This document shows, piece after piece, positions 1 through 13,160 of a stretch of 64,000 nt of DNA (its first letter is position 1; every line of letters starts with the position of its first letter). The position numbers and the translations under genes are program-made. The stretch lies in assembly GCA_964106645.2 (NCBI GenBank), contig OZ067047.1, one strand, 5' to 3'. Source of the DNA: Podarcis pityusensis (taxonomy: Eukaryota). The notes under the pieces were generated by a model. That model saw nothing but the letters and a program-made list of their open reading frames with translations. It was not told the DNA's origin and made no database searches.

Positions 1-116
1 TGGCTTTTTCCCCTCATCGCCACTGCTTTTCCCTGCATCTGAAGGTGAGCGCTGGATAGAAGCTCCTTTGAGGGGAGTTTTTCCTTTTTCTGAAGCCTTT
101 GCATCATCTGTTTTTC
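1..116 (-). CDS. NAV3: NAV3 coding exon (~exon 15), 5' part only: KTDDAKASEKGKTPLKGASIQRSPSDAGKSSGDEGKKP
   Basis: Acceptor tgttag|GA in phase 1; runs off the window edge. Confidence 0.95.
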
Positions 117-670
117 CTAACAGAAAGCAGAGTTTTTGTAGTAATTCATATTTGCAGCAGTACATTTTCAGTAATACATGCAAATATGTAGAAGGGCAGT
201 TTTGTTATGGTTTTTGTAAGAGAGAAGTGGTTTGGCCCCTACTGGCATTTCAGGATGAGAGGTGTGTAAAACTGCCAGGCAGAATTTCACCATGCAATGT
301 ACTCACTTTGTCAATGGCCATAGATCGCTTGAGATATTCTGGTTGATTCACTGAACTACACTCTTTTTTGCTGCCGTACCTCCCCATTATTAACATTAAA
401 TGGACCATAGATGTCTGCATACTTCACTCACCCGCGTACAGCAATGAACTGATTCAGTTTTTAAACCCATATACACAAATTCACAAGACCCTGTCAGGAT
501 GTTTGGAAGCAGTCAGAACCTATGGAGACCATTTCATCAGAGAGTTCAGTTAAACTCAATTTAGGTGGAGTTCTGAACTACTCACAGTGGCCAATCAGAT
601 GCCTTTATCACCTTTCCCCTCAAATAATATACACTTGCTTTGCGCCAGAAATCATTTGCTATTAATATTG

Positions 671-869
671 TAAGGTAAAGGTAAAGGACCCCTGGACGGT
701 TAAGTCCAGTCAAAGGCGACTATGGGGTTGCGGCACTCATCTCACTTTCAGGCCGAGGGAGACTGCATTTGCCAACAGACAGATTTCTGGGTCATGTGGT
801 CAGCATGACTAAACCGCTTCTGGCGCAACGGAACACCGTGACGGAAACCAGAGTGCACGGAAACGCCGT
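671..869 (-). mobile_element. Sauria SINE, 5'-truncated
   Basis: (AAAGGT)n tail on + strand followed by the body (gggtcatgtggtcagcatgactaaaccgcttctggcg) shared with the two full copies. Confidence 0.85.
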
Positions 870-893
870 ATAAGGAAAAACAGAATGGCACTA

Positions 894-1000
894 TTACTGT
901 ACTGTACTGTATTTCTGTACCTGATTTTTGCTTCCTAAGTACATAATGCTATATTTATTTTTGTTGAAATTGGCTTCGTTAGTTTTGGCCCAGAACCTAT
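894..1000 (-). mobile_element. Short degenerate CR1 RT fragment
   Basis: Peptide WAKTNEANFNKNKYSIMYLGSKNQ resembles the CR1 W...FNxxKCxxxHLG motif. Confidence 0.55.
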
Positions 1001-1516
1001 TAATGTGAAGTAAGAGCCAATCTGCTTTAATTGTATTGCATTGGTAAGTTGGAATCCTTCCTATGACTTGTAAAATATTGTATGCTTGTAATTCCAAGCA
1101 TTGTGAAACAAGCATACCGAATTATAATATATTCATCACAACTCACATTAAAATTCATTGTTATTGTCTATCCCGACACATGCAACCATTATTAGCTGTT
1201 TGCAGTTAATAATAACACTTAGCTAAATTTGGTTGGCGTAGCCTTATAGCTTGTACTAAAAGCTGTTGGAAATTCCTCGGGCCTATTACTTAGGAATAAT
1301 TGCAGGTTTCAGATGTGGCGTCCAACGAACTAAAATGTGTCTATTGATTTTCATTTCGTTCATCTATCAATTTTTAGTCACTCATTACTAACACAAACAT
1401 GCATAGTGCTATTTTAAAGTAATCTTTCACAAAGGCCGAACCTTCCTTATTACATAGTGAATGCTAAGTGTATCTGAAATACCAGCCCAACTCATACATC
1501 TCACGCTTAGCAATTA

Positions 1517-1775
1517 CCGTATTTTTCGCTCTATAAGACGCACCAGACCACAAGACGCATCTAGTTTTTGGAGGAGGAAAACAAGAAAAAAAATATTCTG
1601 AATCTCAGAAGCCAGAACAGCGAGAAGGATCGGTACACAGTGAAAGCAGCAATCCCTCTTGCTGTTCTGGCTTCTGGGATAGCTGCGCAGCCTGCATTCA
1701 CTCCATAAGACGCACACACATTTCCCCTTACTTTTTAGGAGGGAAAAAGTGAGTCTTATAGAGCAAAAAATACGG
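1517..1775. mobile_element. Tc1/mariner-superfamily non-autonomous element (MITE)
   Basis: TIRs CCGTATTTTTCGCTCTATAAGAC / GTCTTATAGAGCAAAAAATACGG, TA on both sides, internal inverted repeat. Confidence 0.85.
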
Positions 1776-1957
1776 TACCTGAATAGCAACTCTGATTCTC
1801 TCTAGAACTCTATAGCTGCCTCTTTCTACTCAAAAAGAGAAGATGTCATGTGGAAATTTCCCTAACCCGTTCTCAGGGTCTTATGAATGAGAACAATAAC
1901 TTGGAGCAATTTGCACAACCAACTGCAAGTTCAGTTTCTGATGATGCTCATTCCTAC

Positions 1958-2234
1958 CAGGCGTCTTGAGAGTGCTTGTTCCTGTTTTGTGCCTAGATGG
2001 CGCTGCTCCTACTTGTGCGGTCATGCCTCTTCTCCAGGAGCCAGTCTGAGAGACAGACAGAGAGGTTTTCTGGCCCCCCTTCTCAGCATCTTCAAGCGCT
2101 CCAGAGGGATGGCCCTTCCATTTGCCACTGCCGTCAATGTTGCTGTCAAAATCTTCCTCTGGTTTTTTCAGTTCCTCGCTGCTGCCCCACGGTTCGCCAT
2201 CTGTTACTGAACGTTTCTCTGAATCAGTCTTCAG
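1958..2234 (-). CDS. NAV3: NAV3 coding exon (~exon 14), 277 nt: LKTDSEKRSVTDGEPWGSSEELKKPEEDFD...SQTGSWRRGMTAQVGAAPSRHKTGTSTLKTP
   Basis: Acceptor tcatag|C, donor CTG|gtagga; phase 0 to 1. Confidence 0.95.
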
Positions 2235-2609
2235 CTATGAGGAATTGATATCATGAAAATTACTCAGTAATTGTCTGGCTTTTATTTTCTTTCATTACGG
2301 CATGAGAGTGCAGGGATTAGGAGGAGGAAACAAAGATTCACTTTAAAATCTTTCTTCCCTAGCTCCAAATGCTTAATAGCCTCTCTGAGAAGCTTTTCCC
2401 CACTAATTTTACGAACAACAACACTACTTATACTGCTGGCACTAATGGTGTCATTTCAGGGAGATGTCTCAAATGTTATTAGCTTGAAGCAACACTGATT
2501 TGTAAATGTCAATTAATTTTTTAATTAATTTTTTTTAAAAAAAACCCTATCCCAAAGAAGCAGTGTTTCTCTGAAGCTTCCATATCTGCCTGAATCCCCT
2601 TGATTAGAA

Positions 2610-2745
2610 CAGGCTTCCTCAACCTCGGCCCTCCAGATGTTTTTGGCCTACAACTCCCATGATCCCTTGCTAGCAGGACCAGCGGTCAGGGATGATGGGA
2701 ACTGTAGTCTCAAAACATCTGGAGGACGGAGGTTGAGGAAGCCTG
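2610..2745. mobile_element. Palindromic hAT MITE
   Basis: CAGGCTTCCTCAACCT...AGGTTGAGGAAGCCTG; perfect 8-bp TSD GATTAGAA. Confidence 0.9.
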
Positions 2746-4393
2746 GATTAGAACATCAACATTGCCTAAGAGACCCCAAGACAATGGCCCCCATAAAATG
2801 GAAAGCTAGAGAACATTAAAAATGAATAACCTCTTGCTCCAGATTTTTCCAGACTCCAACACCCAAATCTTGGCATGACGACACTGGTCCAATGGACTTA
2901 GAATTACATAACCTGGAATCTTATTAGCATAAGCCTATTAATGTTAATACCACTAAGTAAATGTATCTGGGTGTAGTGCTGCAGCCTTCCACCCCAAAGC
3001 AAGCTTCCATGGAGCGTAGCAGGTGCCAGAACTATTACAAGAATGGAGGCATTGAGGACAGCTCCACATAGACACATTGGAACCTCAGAACATGCTCCTG
3101 AATTTCTGAATCAAAGCTGTTGCCTTCAGTATTCACAGCCCAGAGGGCACAATGCAGACCATGAAGGCATAGTCCTCGCATGGAGAGGATATCCTTAAGT
3201 GCCACCTTCCTCTACTTACAGGTGCGCATGGGCAGGTTGCACAACCGGTGGTGCAAACTTGAGGGTGCGTCCAGCCTTCCCATTTCCCCTAATAGCCTCT
3301 TGTACTATCTTACCATGCGCCTATATGCGCATACGGTGGGGTGAGAAGGTGGCAGGCTTCTGCTGAGTCTATGGGAATCTTCTGCATATGGATGCTGTGC
3401 CTATGGGAAACTGGGGCATGTACAGAGGATGTCCTTCGCACCGCATTCACTTACAATAGCCAGCTGATAATAATTTGCAACAATTGGTACAAATTGTGGC
3501 TGCTACCAAATGCTGCTTATAACCAGGCCCATGTAGAGCTTGCCTGAGGCCTGGGGCGGGAGTCTTGTTAGAATAAAGTTATAAGCTCAAACCGATAAGG
3601 TGACTTCTTTCCATCGCCTTTAAAACAGGAACAATGAACAGGGTCTCCTTAGCTTGATCTCATGTTTATTTTTTAAGAGCCTTGGGCTCATGCGCCGAAA
3701 ACAGAAAACAAGAAGCAGATTCAAATGCGTCAGAAGTTTGCAATATGCTTACCAAAGTTATCAGTGCTGCAATAATTGGCTTGACTGAAATGTGGCTCTC
3801 ATTAGGGGCCAATAGACCAACATAGGGCACAACAGCTCTTTAAAATTGCCGGGCTGCGATCTGTATCCTTACACATGGCGCTTGCATTTATAAAAGGGGT
3901 GTGATAATCTCAAATAGCATGACACTTTACCTTTAAACCACCCCCTCCTCATCAGAATAAAGTACAGAAGTTCCTAGAAATTTCAAGCTGTGAGCAATAG
4001 AAAATGTGATAGCGCCATTAAACTCCAGCAGTTTATGACTCTCCACAGGCCCTTGATGAGGAAAAGGTCTTCCTCTTTGGTACACGAAGATACATGCACA
4101 GAAGTTGGGGCTTGTTTGTCTTTGTATTCAATTAACTGTTTCATTGTGGCTTTATGACGTCACTGTATCATCAGATTTGCATAATTATATCTGCAAATTG
4201 TGCTGGGAGAAGCTTAGGAGGATTGCGGTTGTTGCAAACAAAGAAAAATAAACCACCCTGCAAAAATAAATAAAAAGGACATTTGAAAAAGGGGGGGAAA
4301 TTGTGTGTGTGCAATAGTGAAAAAGCCCCTAAGCAGTGGCCTGGATTCATCAGGCTGCCAGTGCTAGACAGAGCAGAAAATGTCAACACCTAC

Positions 4394-4532
4394 ATGGGTA
4401 TGTGCATTCTTTCTTGAAGAGGCAGTAATATTGGAATAAGAGCTGACCGATGATGTTGTGTTCAGATCATCTGTGCTGATGTTATCCAAAGTATCACTGA
4501 GGCCGCTGCTAACTGAACTGCTGTCATCCCAG
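4394..4532 (-). CDS. NAV3: NAV3 coding exon (~exon 13), 139 nt: SWDDSSSVSSGLSDTLDNISTDDLNTTSSVSSYSNITASSRKNAHTH
   Basis: Acceptor ctgcag|C; donor CAT|gtaggt gives the phase 0 needed for the next exon (donor position slightly less certain). Confidence 0.9.
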
Positions 4533-7500
4533 CTGCAGGCAGGTGGAGGCGGGGGAGAGAAAGAAAGAGAAGATGAGTATGTCATCTATTCACACCTTGA
4601 TGAGAAAATGCAAATAGAAATCAGCTAGTTCACCATTCCCCCCCACCACCAAAAAAAGAGGTTAGAAATTAAACAATACCTTAGAAATTAAACACGACAT
4701 TGTATCATTTTCTAGGTGTTTTTAATTAACCATTCATTTCTTGCTAAAAAATATATGCCTTGCTAGCAACTCCATTCAAAAAATGCAATTTCAATTTTTA
4801 GCAGGGCCAGGTATATATATATGTTGTTAGAGCAGGTCGCTTCATGGTTCGTTGCAATCACCTTTGGAACACTGCCAAGTGAAATTCATTACACCGGCCT
4901 GAATTTCTGGCCTTAGTTTTATTATTAAGCTTGAAGCACTTCTATGGGTTTCCCGGTAAAAAGAAAAGAAATATTTCTTTTGGATGTGCTCTAACCAACT
5001 GTCAAGCCCGATTCGTGCTTTAGATCTCAGATTAGGTTTGAAGTTTGTCCACCCTGTCTAGCCAACACCAACAATGCCTGAAGGAGGAAAGCATGATTGC
5101 AAAAACGGGAGGATATGCAGTGGACGTGTGTCAGGGAGCAATGATTGGATGCAGATCCTTGATGTAAATCCATTGCACGTTTTCAGCAAGCCTGCGCAGC
5201 TTGTGACCGATTGATGTGGTGAAGGCTGCCAACTACACAGGGGAGTGACAACCACCCCCTGCTCTGTCCATCCCAGATAAGCAGAAATTTCCCTATCAGA
5301 AATTTGCTACTTTTCATGAGATTCCTATTGCTTTCTTCAAAATTCCTCAGATGTTTGCCAAACAGGAGCCACCAAGATTGCTTTGAAATCTCACATTTAT
5401 TTGTTGTGAGTTACCCTGAGGCGCTTTTTTTGTATTTTATAGCATGTGGTAGGACATAAATTGAATGAATAAATTGCAACAGTACTTTGGCCGCAGGACT
5501 GAAGCTGAGCAATTCCCTTGTCCCTTATTGATTACTTTCTGCCCCAGGTTCAAAACCACCTATTAAGACATTAATTATCTTTAGTACTCAGTTTTGAGAG
5601 GATTTGAGAGTATTTGTATCCAGGCTTTCCATACTCTCTGTAGGCATTCCACCCCACCCCCACCTCCATAATAATAATTCAGTAGCACACTTCAAAAACA
5701 ATTCTGGGCTGTGTCCAAGTAAGAGGTGACCATTAAAAGTAGATGTTGAACTGCTTGATAAATGGAGTTGGGTCAGCCAGATTTTTAGTTGATTTCCACA
5801 GTCATAGTAGGCGTTTTACCATCTGCAGACTTCCACATCAAGAAAGAGAGCCACCACACTATGAAAAGCTGTTTTTCACTTGAGTGTACCACATTAGCCT
5901 TTTCAGTGACACTTCTTGATGTGTAAGCAAATGCAGCTGTTGCTACATCTCACAGCTGTTGCATGAACAGTACACCCTCCCCAATCTATTAAAAGAAGCT
6001 GGTGGGGTGAGGTGTGAGGTGGCCAGACATGATGGAGCTGAGCGATTAGAAAGACTTCTGCAGGCAGAAACTCAATCATTTGAAGAATGTTTAACAACTG
6101 CTGTTTAAAAAAAAATCAAAGCGACTTCATGATTTTTTACAATAAACGTTTAGACTCTTCACTGCTGCCGTATCATGTCAATGATAATGTCCATGTGTAA
6201 TCGGAAACATGCCATTATCTTAAATAAGAATTTCCCTAAGCAACTGCCTGCGAGATAAAATAATTATCTCAAATTAGAGAGTGCCATTAATTTTGTTTGC
6301 TATATTTGCTAGATTTAATCGGCTTTCTCTGAAACTCATGCAATGAACTTATCACTGGGTTAGGTCATCAGAAGTTCAATTCAAGCACTTCATGCTCATC
6401 TGATGGGCCAAACTTCATGGAGGAAGATGTGAATTTGAGCAGTCATATGTAAAGCAGGGGCAGAGTGCAATTTAAAAGTATAAAAAGCACACACAGGCAA
6501 GTCTCATCCACTACTTCTTCCTCTTCAGGAAACCTCCCTATAGCTGATTTCTTTACAGCTGTGCTGACCTCTGGTAATGGAGCCTGGAAGAGGGATAACT
6601 GCATTTTAAGACCAGGGGTTGGGCTAATCCACGGGCCATATCTGTGCATGAAGCAATTAGTGATGCCCCCCCAAAACAATACAGCTGCTGCACTGGTGCA
6701 AATGTGAGCAGGAGGTGATGCTGAGCAGCAGGTGGTCTGCTGAGCCCTCTCAGGGTGCTAGTGTGAGCAAAGAGTTTTCAAACCTCTCCACTCAAGACTA
6801 GAGCAACGTTGGTGGTATGGATCTCTCCAACACCTTGCTCAACAGACAATGGTGAATAGCAACGCTTTTGCCTTCTGTCCTGATTCACCGTGGCTTTCTG
6901 CCTTGAATAGCACAGTAGTAGGTGCTTCTGGAGCAATGCAGTGGAATTGTCCATCAAGTAATAATGAGGAGAGTTTTTCTAGGGGAGGGACAGCTCGCCA
7001 GGAAAACTCCACCTGTCTTTGAGGGTTTTTTCATTGGAGGAGATTGGAGGAAACTGTCTCCTTTCATTTGCAGGTAGGAAGTGAAGAAAGACCCTTTGCT
7101 CCACTCCTTCCCCACCCCCACTCCCAATTACTGGGCACAAATGAGTTGATTTAACATGGAATAAGAAGGGAAGGGAGTGTGGGAATCTAAAATGGAACAG
7201 CAGAAGAATTTAACAGAATAAGGGGTGGAGTGCATATAGCTCAGTAAATTTAATTATTGATAACATATTGAATCAATAAATAAGGGAGAGAGGAATTTTG
7301 GCTTTGGTTATGCTCGCTTTAAAACTTTGGCCACACCTATCTTTACACTCCAGCCACACCCACTTTGACATGTGGCTCCCAAAAGGTTTGCCCTGGATCT
7401 TTGTGGCCCTCAGCCCAAAAAAGGTTAGCCATGTCATCCCTGTTTTAGGAAATGGACTAGAGTTTAGGGAAGAGAGAGAAGTAGCAGATAGGGGGAAGAA

Positions 7501-8860
7501 TTCTGAATCCACAGACAAAAAGGTTCCTTGTGTACTTTAAATCACCTTTTCCCATTTTCCTACTTTATAAGTGAGGCTGATTTTAAATTAGCTTTTTCCC
7601 CACCTTCTATCCTAGTATTTTCAAGTGGCACATTTCTCTAGATATGAATAGGCTTTTTTTTTACCATCACTTGTGAAAACACCTTTAAGATAAACACCTA
7701 CAAGTTTTGAAGGTCAGGTGTTAAGCGGTTTTGCCATTCTAGAACTATACAGTACACAATGACAGAGGTAAATGTGTTCTTTTACGGATCGATAGTAAGG
7801 TGAAGAATCTTGGAGTTTGGCCTCATAAGCAGCTTTGCTCATTAAATAACAACCTAAATTTAGCCATCGAGCTGAATTAGGGCAGGAAAAGGACTTTATA
7901 ACTGATTCACTAACTTCCTTATGAATTATTTCTAGCTCGTTAAGGTAGACAGATAAGAAAATAATTGGAGCATTTTACTGAGAAAACCTCTCTGTAATAT
8001 ACCATTAAACATCAATTGCGAAGGCTGCCTTCATCACCATGACACCAAGTTCGATCCATCAACCATTTTTGTGTTCAGTCCTGGGCATGGCGGCTAATGA
8101 GTCATAAAGCAGCAGCACTACCCCTGTCTAGTCAGATTCAAGATGGCACAGACTACATAAAAATCAAGCTGCTGTCTGTACAAGTCAGACTAGACAATGA
8201 ATCCTTCTAGAAGTTTATAACAGCTATTCTATCTTCATAGGTAAATGCCTATGAAGGCCGTTAGACTCATACTTTACCTTCCTTTCCACAGCAAGCGTAA
8301 TGCATTACCTGTCATTTTCAAGCATGGCAACCACTGAAGCATAAATTCCCTATAACTTCAGGGTCATAGAATATATTTCATCACCATTTTCACAGCTAAA
8401 TTGTATGTGGCTAGGGAAAAAAATAGGAATAAACAAATGGAACCACCATTGTCTATTACTCTTTAAGGTACCTTTCCCTTTAGGTTTAGGAAAAATTGAA
8501 ACATACAGCGAAATAAAATGAGGCATTTTACCATTTAATAAAAGGGCATCTTGTTTTACACATGAAATTATACCCTCAACTATTTCTGAGTTACCACATG
8601 TATTAAACAAATATGGAGAACCAGTGTTTAAAATTCTCTGCCTGAAAGAAGATATATATTCTGCAAGAGCAGCATGGGAGAAACTAATCTGCTGATTCAA
8701 TTTTAATTGGGAGTCAAACATTTTAACTTCAATTTCTGTTTGAAATAAGAGTACAACTGGAGTATTACAGGTATCTGACAAAGTTATCTGTTGGATTGGT
8801 AACAAAGTCAAAATGAAACAGATTGCCACTTTTTAATATTTGAGAATCTAGGTGCAAAAC

Positions 8861-9076
8861 CCTCCCTGTGGAACGCCCTCCCACCAGATGTCAAAGAGAA
8901 CAACAACTACCAGACTTTTAGAAGACATCTGAAGGCAGCCCTGTTTAGGGAAGCTTTTAATGTTTGATGTATCATTGTATTTTAATATTCTTTTGGAAGC
9001 CGCCCAGAGTGGCTGGGGAAACCCAGCCAGATGGGCGGGGTATAAATAATAAATTATTATTATTATTATTATTATT
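8861..9076 (+). mobile_element. L2-type LINE 3' end with (TTA)n tail
   Basis: ctgtggaacgccctccca...gaaggcagccctgtttagggaagc...gggcggggtataaataataaattattatt. Confidence 0.8.
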
Positions 9077-10740
9077 GTTCATTATCCTTCATCATATTCA
9101 AAACAGATTAGTGGCATAACATTTTTGTGCATTTCAAAAATGTTTAACTCCAGATATGTATCACACACACACACAAAAGGAAGAGACCTGCTGAATCAGG
9201 TCACAACTTCCCCTAGTCTAGCACTCTGTTTTTACAGTGGCCAACCCATGGGAAGACCACACGCACACATATACACAAAGTTAAACACAATGGAAGAATT
9301 CCATCAAGAAATTACAGTGATGTATTAATAACCCACAGGAACAACACTTCAGCTAAAATTACCGCTCAGATGCTTTTTGTTTAGTTGCAAAACATACAGC
9401 TTGCAGCCAAGAGAGTGTTTACATTTTTCATACACAGGTGCTGACAAGTTAATTAACACAAGTTAAATTTAGGCCAAAATGCAGGAGCTCAGAAATGAGC
9501 AAGTCACCTTGAGTCTTTGTTTTCAGTTATTAAGTAAAATAACTTTCTGCTTCTTCCCATTTAATACTTAACTAAGCACCTATTTGTTGGTTTATCAAAA
9601 ACTGTCTATGCAAGACCTTAAAAACAAAGGCAGCAATACTCCATATATATTGGATATAAATTTTATCTGCTTGGAGTTCATGACTTTCTCTTCCTATGTA
9701 TGAAATACTTAAGTTTTTTTGTGTAGTAATATAAATGCCCTCTCCTTTTTTCATCGTATTATCCCATTTAAATGATTACTGTATTTTAATTGCACTTTGT
9801 TTTATGCTTCTCTGTGGTGTTTAGAGGAGGGATATGAATCCAAAATATATGCTTGCATAAGACAATCCTGTATGCAGTCTTAAAGGTCTGTGAGCAGCTT
9901 GTGGAAAACATATATAATGCCTATTTACTAGGACTGCCTGCTATGGAAATAAATTTTAAAACCTTGAACATGTGTGGGTGGATCCCGGAGCCAATCCACT
10001 ATATACAAGAGGCAAAGAAGCCCAGATTTCTTGCCACTCTTGGGACAGAGTCCATCAGTTTGGGGCAGGTTGAGTGCAAAATTTGTCTATTTCCCGAGGT
10101 GCACACCATTTTTTATAACTAGTGAGTAAACAAACAGCCATGGCCCTTGCTTCTATCAACCAGTGATACAGGGATAATTTTAGAGACCGAATGTAGCAGA
10201 CATGCAGACATGTCTATGCTACTATTGGGAACTGGTCCCAAAGCAAAAATTTGGCCTGCTAGAACATACTTCTGGGCAATTAGCAACTCTGCTGCTGGCC
10301 ATGCATGACAAACCTTCTGACAACTGGATTCAGTTCCTGGGTTTGCTGAATGACTGAGAAGTATTGGGGCTACAAGTTGCCCATTCTGATACAGTACATA
10401 GGCCCTGTCCATAACTCTCTGTCATTGGTTAAATTCCCTATTAAGCATTCACAGAATTATCTATGTACAAAAGATTAAACCATGGTATAATTGAAACCAG
10501 ATATTAATGTGGTTAAATGATGATAAGCAATACATTTCTTCAGGCTATGCCTTTTATAATTTTATTACTGAATTCTTCTTTTAACAGCCATACTTACAGG
10601 ATTTTCTTTTTGTTTTTTAAAGAAAACTATTCTTTAAAATCTGTGTAGTGTACTGTAACAAGATATATCGAGAAGGTGAGCATAATTGCTATGAGGATCA
10701 AAATACTCTGTAGAGAATATATGTAAACTTTCTGGAAGTA

Positions 10741-10743
<3 letters not shown>

Positions 10744-10779
<36 letters not shown>
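10744..10779. repeat. (GT)n microsatellite
   Basis: Direct reading. Confidence 0.95.
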
Positions 10780-10780
<1 letters not shown>

Positions 10781-13025
10781 CATACTAGCAAATGGTTCAC
10801 TGGATAATTCTATGAAAGTCTTCTGATAAACTTGATTGCTCTCATCCAGAGGGGCAAAAATGATACATGTGAACAGTTTACACATCAAACTTTGTCTATA
10901 AGTAACCATCAAAATCCCATGAGCAGATATCTCCTTGTGTAAAATGATTGCTTACCCTAAAACAGAAAGTTGATTTTGTATTCTCTCTTGCTTATTCCCT
11001 CTCAGCACGACAGCACGGCCTTAAGACACATGTGCATAGTCTGGTTCCATGGAAGCTTACTACAGCTATGTAGGGCTAATGTAAGAAAGGAAAGGTGCAC
11101 AGTCTCATGCAAAACACATACCCCTATCCAGGGATGTGGATATGCTCGTGAAACAAATTTTAAGGGCTCATCCATACTTCCTCTCTCCCCGCTGCTTTCC
11201 CAGACTGACTCTTGCTCTGATTTAGCACTAAAGAATGCATTTTCCCTTGGAAAGTAGCAAGGCAAGGGGAAAACAGCTCAAACCCATGCTTTCTAGGCAC
11301 GGGACAAATGGAAGTGTTGAGAAGCCCGTTTTGTGCAAAGGATGAGAGTAACAATCATCGGAACGGCTAGAAAGATTTCTTGTGCACAGAGGAGATTTGG
11401 CCCTTGTGCCCATCTGATTTGGACTGGGCATTTACCTTTATATCCACTTCCTTAGCACGAGGAGGTTGAGAAGGGTCTGATGTTGAAAGTATAGAATCCT
11501 GTTCCTTCCAGGTATTTCATTCAGGTGCAGGTAGACAGGATTCAGGAATTAGCCTCTGGGCTCCTGGGTACTCCAGGCCTCAACTGGGGCAAAAGATGTA
11601 CAAAGATGCTCTCGCTTCAATGTGCTCTTATTTCATTACCACGCCTGGAGGCTCAGATCTTTTGCTCCAATATCCAGTTTTATTGCAATTTATGACGTTT
11701 TTCTGCAGCTGCTGCCTCAGTGCCTTGTTTTACTACATAGCGGACTTATCTCCTGCTGTTGCTCAAGTGTCCTGGCCCTCCAGGTTCGATGCTCCTGACC
11801 ATCTCAGAGGACCGCATTGTATGACAAAGATCACATTACCCCATTACCTTAACACTTATTCTATATAAAGCTTGCACACAAACACATGCACATAAACGTG
11901 TCAAAATAGTTCCCCTGACACAGCCTGGGCAAGAAATTATCCTTGCTAGGGCTCCAGCTCGGCACACTACTCCTCTTCTTTATATATGGGCAGTCATATA
12001 TGCAGCGAGCACACTTTCCCAGAAATTCAATGCAGCTTACTTCTGAGCAGAGATGTACAGAACCGCACCATCTGGAGGTGCACAAAATAGTGTCATTAAG
12101 GTTGCTTGGCAACGGCAATTGTGCATCTTCTCCGTTCAGAGCTTTCAAAATGGCCAAGGGTAAAACAAGGCAGTGGCAAATACAGGGAAAGGGAGCAGGA
12201 ATGGCAACTGCCCCCACCCCAGGAGTTGGTTTGTTGATTGATGCTCTCTACATCAATGTAATCCATGAGAAATTATTAAATTGTTCTATGTAAAAACTGC
12301 TCATTTCAAAAAAGGTTGCAGGTTGGATCAACACAATTTTGCTCTTCCAGTTATCTCCATTAACCTCCCATACTTCCTTCCTGGACACATGGAGGTAGCT
12401 TTCGGGATATCTGAAACTGCCCCTTGGCTAGAGCTGGGAAGTGTCTATTTCCAAGGAGGGCAGCTATAATTGTTCGATTAACCGTAATATAAATTTTAAT
12501 CTTGGGGAAATTATGAGTGGCAAAGGATAATGCAATGGTTTGGGTAGGCAGCAGATTTAACAAAAGTACCAAACGCTACGACTGAACTTAATATTGCCAC
12601 TGCATTTTGATGAAGGTAATAAATTAAACCAAGAGAGCAAGAAACTGTGTGCATGGTATAAAGCTCACTTGAGAGCAGCAACAATCTAACATGCAAAGGT
12701 CAGAGCTGTACAAAAAACAGACAGTACGCAGCCAAGGAAATCACTTTATCAGTTGGATACTAGAGACTGATTAAAGCTGCCACTGTCTGCAAAAAAAAGT
12801 CTCATGAATATAATATGGAAAAAGGAAATCAAGCACTACCTCTCCAGGAATAGCTAATTCCCCCTCTAAATCTAAATGTTAAGCATATTTAATCATAATC
12901 TATTTCAGAATCATTTACTTAAACTTTTCTATACATAACCATATTGAAACCTAACAGGGCGGGGATCACTTTTGCCACCTTGATTGTATGATTTTAAAAG
13001 TGACTGTGCTAATGATATTGTAAAT

Positions 13026-13160
13026 CAGGCATAGGCAAACTCAACCCTACAGATGTTTGGGACTACAATTCCCATCATCCCTGACCACTGGTCCTGTTAG
13101 CTAGAGATGATGAGAGTTGTAGTCCCAAAACATCTGGAGGGCCGAGTTCGCCTATGCCTC
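13026..13160. mobile_element. Palindromic hAT MITE
   Basis: CAGGCATAGGCAAACTC...GAGTTCGCCTATGCCTC; 8-bp TSD TTGTAAAT. Confidence 0.85.

Noticed and set aside
3753-3784. 32-nt possible microexon (ttcag|...TTTG|gtaagc)
   Set aside because: Poor pyrimidine tract, frame-shifting, no peptide support; cannot be separated from chance.
8350-8829. 159-aa minus-strand ORF as a standalone gene
   Set aside because: Non-ATG start, no recognisable homology; only its last 20 codons fall in the candidate exon reported separately.
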